64,000 nucleotides of DNA from Nanohaloarchaea archaeon SG9 (GTDB lineage: Archaea > Nanohalarchaeota > Nanosalinia > Nanosalinales > Nanosalinaceae), in contig CP012986.1 in assembly GCA_001761425.1 (NCBI GenBank), positions 575,980 to 639,979 of the forward strand, read 5' to 3'. The notes under the pieces are model-generated. The model made no database searches. It had not been told where the DNA came from and was given only the letters and a program-made list of their open reading frames with translations. Both the position numbers and the translations under genes were made by a program. Below are positions 9,314 through 21,500 of the stretch, one piece after another. Numbering within the stretch: position 1 is the stretch's first letter; every line of letters begins with the position of its first letter.

Positions 9314-10063
9314 ATGAGTTTCTCGGGTAAGACGCCAGAACAGCTCCTCGAAAAGGCCCAGGAATACGATGAAAAAGACCTGTACGGAAAGAGAGTCCAG
9401 GCCTTTAACAGCGTCTTACAGGTAGCTTTTGACGAGGCCTACAGGACGGGAGACGACGCTGATGCCATAGAGTTTGCGGAGGAGGTCTTCGCACCCAATA
9501 TACAGGCCTTTTACAGTGAAGAAACAGGAAATACTGTCGACTATGAGAAATGGTTCAATAAGTTCTCGGGTATCGATTCTGAAGCCGGTATCTTCCATAT
9601 ACCAGCGACAGACTCGGCCCCATACGATTATCTGAGGGGCTGTATGGAAACTGTAGAGGAAGATTACGACCACCTGGTAGGAGTCCATTCGGGAGGCCTT
9701 GCACCGCTCTATGCTGTTGAGGATCTTTTTGAAGCGGAGCCAGTAGTCCTGAGGTATTCTCACCGGGATAGAGAGGACGAAAACGTACAGATAACCCCGG
9801 GGATGGAGCAGAGAGCGGATTTCGATGGCTCAGAAATACTGGTTCTGGACGATGTAATCGAGTCTGGAGAGACTTTCCGGGAAGTAGGCCAGCACCTGAA
9901 AGATCAGGGAGCAGAAGGGATTGATGCCGTACCTGTAAGGACCTCTGTGTGGAATATGTCTCATGACACAGAGATGCTTGACCTCCTGAAAGGAGGAGTG
10001 AAAAATACAGTAATCGAATACGAGAAAAGAAAAGATTACACAGAAAAAGGATTCGAATCCTGA
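9314..10063 (+). CDS. phosphoribosyltransferase-domain protein (type I PRTase fold at the C-terminus)
   Basis: 249 aa. ILVLDDVIESGETF matches the type I PRTase PRPP-binding motif. The N-terminal 140 aa are unassigned. Confidence 0.55.
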   Translation: MSFSGKTPEQLLEKAQEYDEKDLYGKRVQAFNSVLQVAFDEAYRTGDDADAIEFAEEVFAPNIQAFYSEETGNTVDYEKWFNKFSGIDSEAGIFHIPATDSAPYDYLRGCMETVEEDYDHLVGVHSGGLAPLYAVEDLFEAEPVVLRYSHRDREDENVQITPGMEQRADFDGSEILVLDDVIESGETFREVGQHLKDQGAEGIDAVPVRTSVWNMSHDTEMLDLLKGGVKNTVIEYEKRKDYTEKGFES

Positions 10064-10076
10064 CAATGAAGGCCTT

Positions 10077-11009
10077 TTAGCTCTCTGATTTTTTCTCTTT
10101 GACATACTCAGCAGCGTTCAATCCTGCCTGACATCCCTGTCCTGCTGAAACCACTAACTGCTGTTCACCGAGGTCTGTTACGTCCCCTGCAGCGTAGAGG
10201 CCTTCTGTTCTGGTCTCCATCTCCGGGTTGACGTTGATGTAGCCTCCTTCGTCGGTCTCTACAAGATCTGAGATTCCTGAGTTCGGTACTGTACCTATCT
10301 CGATAAATGCTCCTGCGACCTCGAGATCCGTTTTTTCGCCGTCTTTTTCGTATTTGAGGCCTTCCACCATTGGATCTCCGTATATTTCTTTTATCTGGGC
10401 GTTTTCGTGGTGTTCTACGTTTTCGGCTTCTCTTACCTGTTTTATGGTGATTTCTTCTCCGCTGTATCCTTCGCTCCTGTTTATGACATGTACTTTTTCC
10501 ACGACATCGGTCAGGTAGGCTGCCGCTTCTGTTCCTGCGTATCCTGCTCCGACTACGGCGACCTCCTCGCCTTGATACAGCGGTCCATCACATACCGCAC
10601 AGTATGAGACTCCTTTGCCGGTTAATTCCTCTTCACCCTTGACATCGAGTTTTCTGCGGTGTCCACCAGTTGCTATGACGACAGCTCTTGATTCAAGTAC
10701 TTCTCCATCTTCCAGCTCGACTTCAAACGTCTCATCATCTTTTTTTCTTACTTCTGTAGCTCTGAGGCCTTTCTTTTCCTCTACATCGTATTCTCTCATG
10801 TGTTCGACGAATTTTTCTGCCATTTCCGGGCCCCCCATGCTTTTGATGCCCAGGTAGTTCTCCACTTTATCTGTGTTGTTTATCTGTCCCCCGTATTCGT
10901 CAGCTACCACAGTTGCTTCTATACCTGCTCTTATGGCATATATTGCTGCTGACTGTGCTGCCGACGCTCCCCCTATGATAATCAAATCTCTCATATGAAC
11001 ACAATTCAT
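10077..11009 (-). CDS. trxB: thioredoxin-disulfide reductase (FAD/NAD(P)-dependent)
   Basis: IIIGGASAAQSAAIY is the FAD-binding segment. CAVCDG is the redox-active disulfide. VAVVGAGYAG is the NAD(P) site and GLYAAGDV is the C-terminal FAD motif. The true start may be the second Met (end 10994). Confidence 0.85.
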   Translation of the reverse strand: MNCVHMRDLIIIGGASAAQSAAIYAIRAGIEATVVADEYGGQINNTDKVENYLGIKSMGGPEMAEKFVEHMREYDVEEKKGLRATEVRKKDDETFEVELEDGEVLESRAVVIATGGHRRKLDVKGEEELTGKGVSYCAVCDGPLYQGEEVAVVGAGYAGTEAAAYLTDVVEKVHVINRSEGYSGEEITIKQVREAENVEHHENAQIKEIYGDPMVEGLKYEKDGEKTDLEVAGAFIEIGTVPNSGISDLVETDEGGYINVNPEMETRTEGLYAAGDVTDLGEQQLVVSAGQGCQAGLNAAEYVKEKKSES

Positions 11010-11257
11010 GAACTATGATTTTTAACTCCGAACAAAACCGACAGGTAACCTCAACCAGGAAGGCCTACACTACACCAAAAATCTAAGTTTTCAAAAAAGG
11101 GCGGTTGATCGCCGAAAAACAGGATTAACACCTGGGCGATCCCGTTCAAAGGCCTCAAAAAAAGTTTTTGACCACAGACTAAAAGTGAAATCGATGATAG
11201 AATCCCGGAAACATATCCTTTAAAATAGTAACCAGATAGTCCATGATTAGACCTGAG

Positions 11258-11329
11258 GCGGCGTTGGTCCAGTGGCTAAGACTCCGGCCTTCCAAGCCGG
11301 CGACCCGGGTTCAAATCCCGGACGCCGCA
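11258..11329 (+). tRNA. tRNA-Gly (anticodon TCC)
   Basis: GCGGCGTTGGTCCAGTGGCTAAGACTCCGGCCTTCCAAGCCGGCGACCCGGGTTCAAATCCCGGACGCCGCA. The acceptor is GCGGCGT/ACGCCGC. The anticodon stem is CCGGC/GCCGG with loop CTTCCAA. The T-arm is CCGGG-TTCAAAT-CCCGG. Confidence 0.85.
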
Positions 11330-11450
11330 AATACATCGTATTTGCTCGAAGAAGCATTGAAAATTCGAATCCTTCGCCCCTCATCACTTTGTGCTCTTAA
11401 TTCCGGGATTTCTGAGAAAACTTGTTTTCGCCAATCCCGGACGCCGCAAA
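11314..11450 (+). repeat. 18-bp perfect direct repeat of the tRNA-Gly 3' end (AATCCCGGACGCCGCAAA) at 11314-11331 and 11433-11450
   Basis: Read directly from the sequence. The second copy lies about 100 bp downstream of the tRNA in non-coding DNA. This is an att-site-like scar. Confidence 0.7.
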
Positions 11451-11755
11451 CTGGTTACGCTCGTTTTCCCGAAAGCTCTCAGAGCTTTCTGAAACAAGAA
11501 GGCCTGTTAAAGGCCTTCGAGACACGCAATAAACCATGCTTTGCACGGCTTTCAGTATTTCAAGAAAATCTCCGATTTGCGGATCAAGTACCTTTCAACA
11601 GTAGCTTTTCCAATACCTGAAGAACCAATCATCATGATAGCAACTTTACCTTCCAGATCTGTAACAGGAACTAGATCGAAATTCCGAAGTAAGCTTCTGG
11701 CGAAAGATTTTAACAGGCCTGTCCTCTCAAAAAGAAAGCCGACGCATTACTTTCT

Positions 11756-12526
11756 ATGGAATCTGAACAGGTACAGAGAGAAACACAGAAATTTATTAGA
11801 GAGAAAGTAGATGAGGCAGATGCAGAAGGCCTTGTAGTAGGCCTCAGTGGAGGTATCGACTCAGCTACCTGTCTTAAACTGGCAGTAAGTGCTCTCGGCA
11901 GTGAAAAAGTCTTAGCATTGATAATGCCGGGAGAACCGAGCAGAAAGAAAAATATTGAAGATGCCAGAGGCCTGGCAGAAAGTTTATCTGTTAAAAGGAC
12001 TGAGATAGAGATAGATGAGACTGTGGAAAGTTTCCGGGAAAGTCTGTCCTTCGAACCAGGTAAAGAAGGCCTTGGAAACGTAAGAGCCAGGACAAGGATG
12101 GTATACACCTATGCACTTGCCAACAAAGAAAATCTTCTCGTCCTGGGGACAGGTAACAGGACAGAGTTCCTCCTCGGTTACTTCACCAAGTACGGCGACG
12201 CTGCAACAGATATTGCTCCGCTCCTAGACCTTTACAAGACAGAAGTTAGACAGTTAGCCAAACACATAGGCCTTGACAGGAAATTCATCGATAAAAAGCC
12301 TACAGCAGGCCTCTGGAAAGGCCAGACAGATGAAGACGAAATCGGCACAAGCTACGAAACCATGGACAGGATCCTGGAAGCCCTGGTGGACGAAGAAAAA
12401 TCCATGGAAAAGGCCTCTCAGTACTTGGAAGCGGAAAAAGATGTGATCAAGAGAATCGACGATATGTATAGAAATTCAGAGCATAAAAGGGAAGGTGTTC
12501 AAGGCCTGGAACTCGAGAAGGATTAA
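11756..12526 (+). CDS. nadE: NH3-dependent NAD+ synthetase
   Basis: 256 aa. LVVGLSGGIDSA is the PP-loop/SGGxDS motif. The overall NadE layout is present. Confidence 0.9.
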   Translation: MESEQVQRETQKFIREKVDEADAEGLVVGLSGGIDSATCLKLAVSALGSEKVLALIMPGEPSRKKNIEDARGLAESLSVKRTEIEIDETVESFRESLSFEPGKEGLGNVRARTRMVYTYALANKENLLVLGTGNRTEFLLGYFTKYGDAATDIAPLLDLYKTEVRQLAKHIGLDRKFIDKKPTAGLWKGQTDEDEIGTSYETMDRILEALVDEEKSMEKASQYLEAEKDVIKRIDDMYRNSEHKREGVQGLELEKD

Positions 12527-12540
12527 ACTCTTCAAGGCCC

Positions 12541-12547
12541 TTTTTTT
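12541..12547 (+). terminator. T7 tract immediately after nadE (archaeal oligo-T terminator candidate)
   Basis: ccctttttttacg lies 15 nt after the nadE stop codon. Confidence 0.3.
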
Positions 12548-12553
12548 ACGAAG

Positions 12554-12563
12554 TTTTATTTTT
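12554..12563 (+). promoter_or_regulatory. TATA-like box (ttttattttt) about 28 nt upstream of the giant-gene ATG (12586), implying a leaderless or near-leaderless transcript
   Basis: Position and composition match an archaeal TATA box. There is no SD-like sequence before the ATG at 12586. Confidence 0.3.
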
Positions 12564-12585
12564 GGACGGCTCTCTTATTGTATAC

Positions 12586-15500
12586 ATGGATTCAGGTAAA
12601 ATCTCGAAGCTCCTCCTGATTTTCCTCATCTTAGGCCTCATCCCTCTCTCAGCTTCTATATCAGAGGTTGACGTTCTCGTAGTTAACGATGGACACACCC
12701 TGGATCCATCGGCATCGGTAGATTATAGCCAGGAGGTCGATGAGAATTTTGAGGATATCTACAACGAGTCTCTTAAATCTATACAAGGGGTGGATGTAGA
12801 TTATAGTAAGACTTCGGACGATGAAAAGGAATCCGGACCTTCTCTGGAGACTATGAACCAGTATGACATGGTTGTCTGGTACACTTTAGCAGATAGTGCT
12901 AGTTCTCCGGGCGGTTTCAAAACTCTAACCAGTACTGATGAAGAAAATGTTCGCGAGTATCTGGATCAGGGGGGGACTTTCTATCTGACGGGCCATACCC
13001 TAGATGATGAGGAATCTCTTTACGGTGAAGGAGATTTTTTCAGGGAGGTCATGAATGCCAGATACAAGGATAATGATGGAAGTCCAAATTACTGGAGGTT
13101 TACTGATAGAGGCTCAAATGATGGAGAGGATTGGGAGTATGTACAGGTAACTGACGGGGCACTTTCAGATACGGATAGAATGCTGTTCGATCAGGACGGG
13201 AAAATTGTCCTGACAGGAGAAGACTCTCATGCTATAACTGAGGATATGTCCTTTGAACTCAATACATCCACTAACCCCCCAAGCTCTCTGGGAGTCCTGA
13301 CCGATAACTGTTACCATGAACAAGACAATGAGACCGAACTCGATCAGTGTGATCCTAATCCTTGGCAAAACGCAGATGATGGTCTCAGACTAGTCAATAA
13401 CAAACCTGTAGCTGATAGTAAGGGTGATACTGTAGATAAGGAAAATGTCAACATAAACGGAGCGGGTGATTCCAGCAGGATCACAGTAGACTACAGCGAG
13501 AGCCCTGACATGAAAACCGTAGCTGGAGTTGCTGTAAAAGATTCTAAAGACGTTGAAATGGAGCATTTTGACATCAGTAACGATGAAGGAAGTATTAAGA
13601 AGCTGAAGTCTATAGAAACCGAAGCCTTTGACGTCTACACGTTTCTTATAGACGATCAGTCCGACGGAAATGCAGAGTTCCTATTTAACGATACTGCAAG
13701 GCTAGCAGCTATTACTGTAACTGTGAAAAACGCTGTAGGAGCCTATCCTGCGACTGATGTAACTACCAAAAGTGCTCCGGAGGATATCAGTACTTCCGTA
13801 GAAAGCCAGGATGGGGACAGGGTTATAGACTTCCTGGCAGCCTCGGATAGTCCTAGCACAACAAATGACGAAATGAACGATATGGCCACTACCAATCTAG
13901 GAGGTAGCTCTACTTTCTTAACCAAAAGATTGGAAGGTTCCGACCCAGAGAGAACTATGGGATACAGCGGGCCGGAAAACATGGCCCACATAGTAATCAA
14001 CCTCAGAAAGGATAGGGCTGACGCTGAATACTATGTAGAGACTGATGGCTATGAAGACAACGGAGAGCCGGCAAGCAATCCAGGAAACAGCAATAATCAG
14101 GCAGATTACCCTGATGAGTACGCTCACACACTTGTGAACTCTAGAGAAGATAAGTACAGGACTTTGGTCAGTTCTATTGGCTTCGAATCTATCAAGGGAG
14201 AACAAAGCAGGAAGCAACTAATGGATAACACTCTAAGATTTCTTACAGGTCCGGTCGCCAATAATACAAGAGTTTACTCAGGAGAAAATATACCGGATAG
14301 CGGTGCAGACGAGTCAAGATACACTAACAGCACGCTAAATATTGAAGCTGAGGGAGAAAACCTTCAGCAAAATCCTTCAGGCCTCAGACGTGCACGCTTC
14401 CTGCATGAAGGAACTCCTCAGGAATTTAAGCCTACCTTTGAATCAGGATTTGATAACTTCACGGAAGCTAATCAGACATGGGAAGGCGATTCTGAAGATG
14501 GAGGTTATGCAACTGTAACTAGATCATGCGGGGTAAAGAAAGGAGATCAGGTCTTAACACTCTATGCAAGAGACGACGAAACTTTGTTAGATTCTCGCGA
14601 TGATGTAGCTGCTGTGAGGATGTCAGAACCTGTGGACGTATCAAATCACCAGAATCTTGTGCTTGAATTTTATGTCTCGGACGATGGAGTTGATTGCGAT
14701 GAGCCTGAATACGATTATGGCGAGCATCTCGATGTTATGTACAAAAATAATAATGGCTCCTATAGTAGGGCCAGAACAATCTATGCTGAATCTGACAACG
14801 TTAACTGGAGGAAGGTTCAGGTAGAGATTCCCGTGGATCGCAATGATCAGTTCAAGGTAAAGTTTAAGACTAGGGAAATGGATGTTGGTGATGCCTGGCT
14901 TGTAGATGAGGTTGAGATCAATCAAGGCCTTAGTTTAACCGATGGAAGATGGGGAGACCAGAAAGAAAGTGTGGAAGGCTTTATCAACGCTACTAAAGCT
15001 GTTGATAACCTTGATTCCAATCCTCGAGGAGTGAATCTCACCTATGGCGTCCAGTTTAAGGATGATTCCAACCAGGGTTACTGGGGTGTTCCGGAGAAAA
15101 GATGGGTCAAAATTGATACGGTCCCTCCTAATTCTCTGACAGATGTGAGTTTCGAAGATGACTATACCTCAGATGAAACTGTTAATATTTCGGTTACAAA
15201 TGACTTCATACTTGAAAAAAGGGCGAACCTGACCAGGTTCAGCTGTGATCCTGAAAATGGAGAGTGGTCGGAGTGGAGAACGAGAGATAGTCAACAGGTG
15301 AGTCAGAAGTTTGAAATAGATATCACTGATCAGGCCTTGGGGTGCAGTGATTCTCAGGGTAACAGGACGATAAGTGTTCAGACAAGGGATTATGCAGGGA
15401 ACCGTGCTCCGGAGATCAAGAAGGACTGGATAATCTATGATGCTGAAAGACCTGATTTCCTGGGTGCAAGGCCTGGGAACAGGTCTGCCGTTCAGTCGGA

Positions 15501-18500
15501 TGTCACTGTGAATATCACAGCTTCCGATAACTTCGGGATTTCTGACAGGTTTACGGAGTATAATGCTGGACAGGAGGACAGTATCTCTTTCACTCCGAAC
15601 GAGACTGTAGGGCTTGATTTCACTGGTGAAGGCTGGAGGACCCTTGAGGCCTGGATCTATGACAGGGCGTCGAATCTCAGGGAGGTGAGCCTTGACTACG
15701 ATATCGATGATACTGCTCCCTGGGTCAACGTTACTCCTGAAAGTAATAACGAGCCTAAAAACGATACTGCTGTGAAGCCGGATGAAACGTTCAGGATTGA
15801 GGCCTTTGACAGGAATTTTGAGTCTCTGACCGTGAATTCTGTAGGTAACAGTACTTTTTCGAATAATGTCAGTGACTTTGATCCTGAGTGGTCTGGTGGA
15901 AAGGTCAGGGATCTTGAGGTCTGGTTGAATGATTCTGCCGGTAACCAGCGTTTCAGGAATTACAGCTATACTGTTGATGGTCAGGCTCCTGTCTCTGAAG
16001 CGGTTGATACGGCTAATGAGAGTTATGTGAAGAGTGATGATGTTTTGAAGTTCAACTTTTCGGACTCCACTTCCGGAGTTGAAGGTGTCTCCACTTCCAA
16101 GGACAGGGAGAGAGGGGTTGACTGGGATCTTGGTGTAGGCTTTGGCTCGGATGCCAGTGGGGAGACCGATCTATCTGTATCTGCGACTGACCGTGCTGGA
16201 AACACTTTGACGGAGAATTATACCTATACTCTGGACGATGAGCCTCCGGTCGCCGAAACCAATTACAGCCGGGAGGCAGATTCCACGGATGGATGGTTCA
16301 ACAGAGACGTGGAGGTCGAGGTAAACGCCACGGATAACCAGGAGCTAGATACGATTATCTACGGTTCCAGCAGGGATGGAAGTGTATCAGCACCTGAACT
16401 TACAAGTAACACGAACACCAGTATCAAGGTCACCTGTCCGAATTCAAACATCTGTGAAAAAGTTGTAACTTACAACGCCAATGATTCGGCGGGCAACTAC
16501 TTCCGGGATTCCTACAGAGAATCCGAGACAGTTTCAATCGATAAGAAAGCACCTCTGATCGAAATAGGATCTCTCACACAGTCAGGCCTCATCGAGATAG
16601 AATCAGAAATCAGAGATCCTGGTATCGGAGTCCAGGACGCAAGCTTCAGAGTCCTCAACAGGAGCGATACATCACAGGTTCTCGAGTCAGGAGACCTGAA
16701 CGAATCGAATAACTGGTCCTACATCTGGGACTCGGAACAGGATATAGACAGCACACAGGAAGTCACTCTCAAGATAGAGGCCGAGGACAGGTTCCAGCAA
16801 AACAGCACAGAACAGACCGAGTTCAAAGTTGAGAACGAGAAAACAACAGCAACCATAACAAATCCGGAAGACGAGATAGTATCCGACAACTTCGACCTCT
16901 CAATAGAGGCTAACAGGCCTGGAAACTCCGAAGGGCTTAAATGGCATAACTTCACGGTGGATAGGAACGGAGAAGAGGTCTACAGCGAATCAAAGAGCCT
17001 TGAAGGAGCCGATACCCATCTTTTCGACAGGCAGTTCGATACTACAGAGCTGGATGGCGACGGTAATTACAGTTTGAATACTACTGCACTGAGCAATGGG
17101 ACATCAGAGTACGCAACGGCTGAAAAATGGTTCTACCTTGATACCAGGCCTCCAGAGGCCTTGATCGAGACGGATATCAACGATTCATGGGTCACAGGAA
17201 GGATAGAGATAGATTTCGCCGCCTCGGACAGTGTGGGCAACGGAACCCTAGAATCTTACTACATGAATGACTCTGACTGGCAGAGAATGAACAAGAACCT
17301 GAACTACTCGGATAAGGCCTTCAACTTCAGTACCTCCGACAGATGTCAGGACTCTGCCTCGAATACCTGTGGAGTCAAGATCGTCGCTGAGGATAAGGCA
17401 GGTAACCTTAACAGCTCAATGGTGGAGTTCAAAGTCGATAACAGTCCTCCGGAAGTTGATCTGACCGCACCGGATGCTGAGTGGCAGAACTCGAACTTTA
17501 ACGTAGCCAGAAACATCAGTGACAATGTAGTTGACTCGAGAGATCTCTACTGTGAGGTGAAAGTTAACTCTACAGGATGGCGGGAGACACAGCTCTGTAA
17601 CACCAACTACACTGTAGATATCTCGGAAAGCTGCGACAGGGAAGGAGGAATATGTCAGGTCGAGATAAATGCCTCCCATCCAGAACTTCCGCTATACCAG
17701 ACAGATCAGAAGTTCTACTCCATAGACACAGAGCAACCAGAAATATACACAGGACCGGAGCCAGCACCAGAAACAGTAATCAACGGCAGCGAAGATATAA
17801 GCCTAGGATTCCAGGAACCGACCTCAGACATGAACTACTCGAAATGGGACGAAGGAAAAGGCCTGAAAGACCTGGAAACCGACCAACCTTTCAAGCCAGG
17901 ATGGACCGAAAACGGAAACCGGACTTTGGAAATACTGCTGAACGACACGGCAGGAAACCTCAGAACAGAGCAGTACATATACACCTTCGACAACAAAGCC
18001 CCAGAACTCCAGAACTCAGGCCTCTCCGTATCAGAAGACGGATTCTTCGACGAAACCAGGGTGTACAGGGGAGAAGAGATCAAGCTGGAGCTGAACGTAT
18101 CCGAGAACATAGAGATGGAAAAAGTTACTGCCGAGATAAGCAGCGATGGGGAAAACTGGAACAAATCACTTCAACTCGAGGAAGGAAACCTGACCGAAGG
18201 CCTCTGGACCAAAAACCTGGCCAATACGACAACAGGCCTCTACACCGTCCAGAAAGTGTACCTGGAAGATAGAGCAGGGAACAGAACCAGGGTCTCCTCA
18301 AGCCTTCCGGAGTTCAGGATCATGAACTACTCCGAAAACGTTGAGATAGGTGGAATGAAAGAAGTAGATGCAGGGAACAGCACGGATTTCAACTACACAG
18401 TAGATTTCAACAGGACTCAAGGAGAGAGGCAGCTCAAAGTCTACGTTCCGCCCTCCGGTCCGGGAGAAACCTTTGACCCATACTTCCAGCTGGAAAACGT

Positions 18501-21500
18501 ATCCTGTAAAACATCAGAATGTAACGTGACCCATCAGGAAAACTTCTTTAACCTATCATACACCGGAGGAAGCCCTGAGGTATCGGTGACAGCTCATTCA
18601 GAGGCCTTCACTCCTGAACAAGATACTGAAGGTAATTTCACATCTCAACTGCTTGATAACACGAGGAAGAGCGAGGTAAAGATCAGTGCTCCCGAACTGG
18701 AGATAAACAGCAGTTCCTGTAGTCCTGCATGTACGCTGGACCAGTTTGACAGCTTCAACCTGACCCTCGAGCCAGTGAACAATATGACATCTACCAGCAC
18801 CGGTACAGCCCTGAACACGAGTCTCTCTATCTCCTCTGGAGGCCTCGAGGATAGATCGAGAGAACTTGGAAACCTTGGAACTGGAGAAAATCTCAGTGAG
18901 AGGTTCGCGGATATCTCATCGGACGAGGCAGGAAACTTCACCTATGACGCTGTCCTCGAGGATGCTACAGGAGTTTACAGGGACTCAAAGGAGATCGAGG
19001 TAGAGTTCCTGGACGCAGAGGAACCCGATATTGTTGATGCAGGGCCTTCCTCCAGAAGAGTAAACGTCAACGACTCCATAGATCTTCTGGCAGAACTAAC
19101 CGACAACGTCGAAGTCGCCGATGCAAACCTGACCCTTGAATATCCGAACGGCACGGCACAGAACCTCTCCCTGGACAGAGACATAGAAAACGAATGGGCA
19201 AACTCTTTCAACAAAACATCTGAAAAAGGAATCTACCAGCTCAAAAAAGTCTATGCCTCAGACCGGAGAGAAAACACAAACCAGACCACGCTCAACTCAC
19301 AGTTCAAGGTGACAGAACTCAGACTCAACTCCTCTGTTTCAAAGACCAATATACAAAACCGGGAAGCTGTCAACTTCACAGTAAACATAACAGGAAACTC
19401 CACAGAAGTCCAGAGAGTCACGGTAAACGCGTCCACACCAGAAGGCCTCAACCGGTCCAGAGAATACACCGATGTAGGCCTCAACAACACTCTTAAATTC
19501 GACCGGTTCGATAACTCAGGAAACTACTCCTTCAACGTCACGGTAAACGCAGGCCTCAAAGTCACTAATCAGACCTCAGACGTCTTCGTCAGGTACGGGA
19601 ACAGCTCAGTAGAATCTCTGGACTCAGGAAACAACAGGACTCTGGAGATACCGGAGACCATAAGTTCAGCATCCCTTGAATGGAGACTCACACCGATCAA
19701 CGGGAGCCTGAAAAACCTCGCCTTCGAGCCCGGTTCAAATGACGAAACAGTTCTCAGCACAGGATCTGCCCAGAGTGTAGATGATCTCGTCTACACTGAA
19801 GGAGCAAGGACCGAACAGCTTACAGTAAACCCGGAAAACACAGGATCAGCAGATATAACAGCTATCCTCGAGGCAGAAAACGGAGGAAACACGAGTAAAC
19901 AAGTCTCCGTAGAAGTCACAGAACAGGACAATGAAAGGCCTCAGATCAACTCCTTCAACCTATCGGAAAAAGACTTGAACCTTAATGAAACACTCGATTT
20001 CTCTGCAAATATAACAGACAACTCGATAATCAAAAACTCAACGCTAGAGATCGGCTATCCTAACCCGTCAAACGCTACAGAGACCATAAACATGGAGAGA
20101 ATCGGAGAACAGACCTATCAAACGGAGTTCAACAACCTGAACCAGACAGGAAATTACACAGCAACTCTCAAGGCCTACGATATCTCCGGAAACAGCTACA
20201 TGGTCGCAGAGAATTTCACAGTCACCGATAGATACAGTATAGAGATCGATACCGACAAAAGCATATACATGAAGGAAGAAGATGCGGTCATAAGCTTCGA
20301 TGTCCTGGACGCAAGCGGAGATCAGGTCAAAAACTACAGCCTGAACTCCTCGATAGAATACAGCAACTCCAATCATTCACTGGTCGAAGGCCAGAACGTT
20401 TCAAGGACAGAGTTCACAGTTGAAAGAGATTATCCGCCAGATATAACCAATGAACTTGGCGGAGACCCTATCTACTACAGCATATACGCTGAGGCCTCAA
20501 GCAGAGGAAACAAAGGAAAGGCCTCGGCCAGCATGCCGGTTCACAGGGTATTCGACGTAAGTCTGAACAACGATCAGTACGTTGCTCCAGGTGAGAACTT
20601 CCTCGTGACCTCTGACTGGAGAAAGAAGAATGGAGAGCTTCTGCCTCAGACATGGCAGCCGTTTATACTCTGTGATGCCTGTCCAAGCAACTACAAACTC
20701 ATGTTGAGAGATCTGGAGACAGATAATTATGTCAAGAACTTGACAGCCCCGAACCAGACAGGCAGCTATTCCTTCACGCTCAGAGGTTCATACCAGGGTA
20801 ACTCGGAGAGCCAGGATCCTACAGGTGCGGAGGACGAACCTCCATTCGGCACATTCGAAGTCGTACCAGGCGGGAAACCGCCGAACAGTGGCGATGAGGA
20901 ACAGGCTCTGCCTTCAGGAGGCGGTGGAGGATTCTCTGGAGGAGGGCCTTCGATGGAGATTGTAAGACGGTCGCCTCCTCCAAGCATCCCTTCGGGAACC
21001 GAACAGGTGAACCTGTCTGTGAACACCAATATCGCGGCCGAATGCGTTTATTCAAGGAACAGGGTTCCAGAGGCCGTCCCATTCGATGAGGCCTCAGATT
21101 TCCAGGAAACCGGCGGAGTGAATCACAGCACGCCGTTAACTGCAGAAGAAGGTGTGACGTACAGCTACAACATTATGTGTGCCTCTGGCGAAGCCAACTC
21201 GACCCAGGAGATTATTTTCTCCACAGAAACTCTGGAAGGCTTCTCATACGCAGGCCCTACATCAGTCACGCCAAACAACGAGTCCGTATCACAGAAAGGA
21301 AACTACAGTGCAAGAGTAGCTGTCTACAACGAGAAAAGCGAGGCCTTGACCGTAGACCTGGACGTCGAGGGAACCTGCTGCAACCTGAGCTTTATGATCG
21401 GCTCAGAGAAGAAAGAATCGGTCACGATACCGGCTGAAGGAGAGAAAAACCTGGATCTGAACGTCTACTCCCCGCTTCATGTAAAACCAGGATCCTACAA

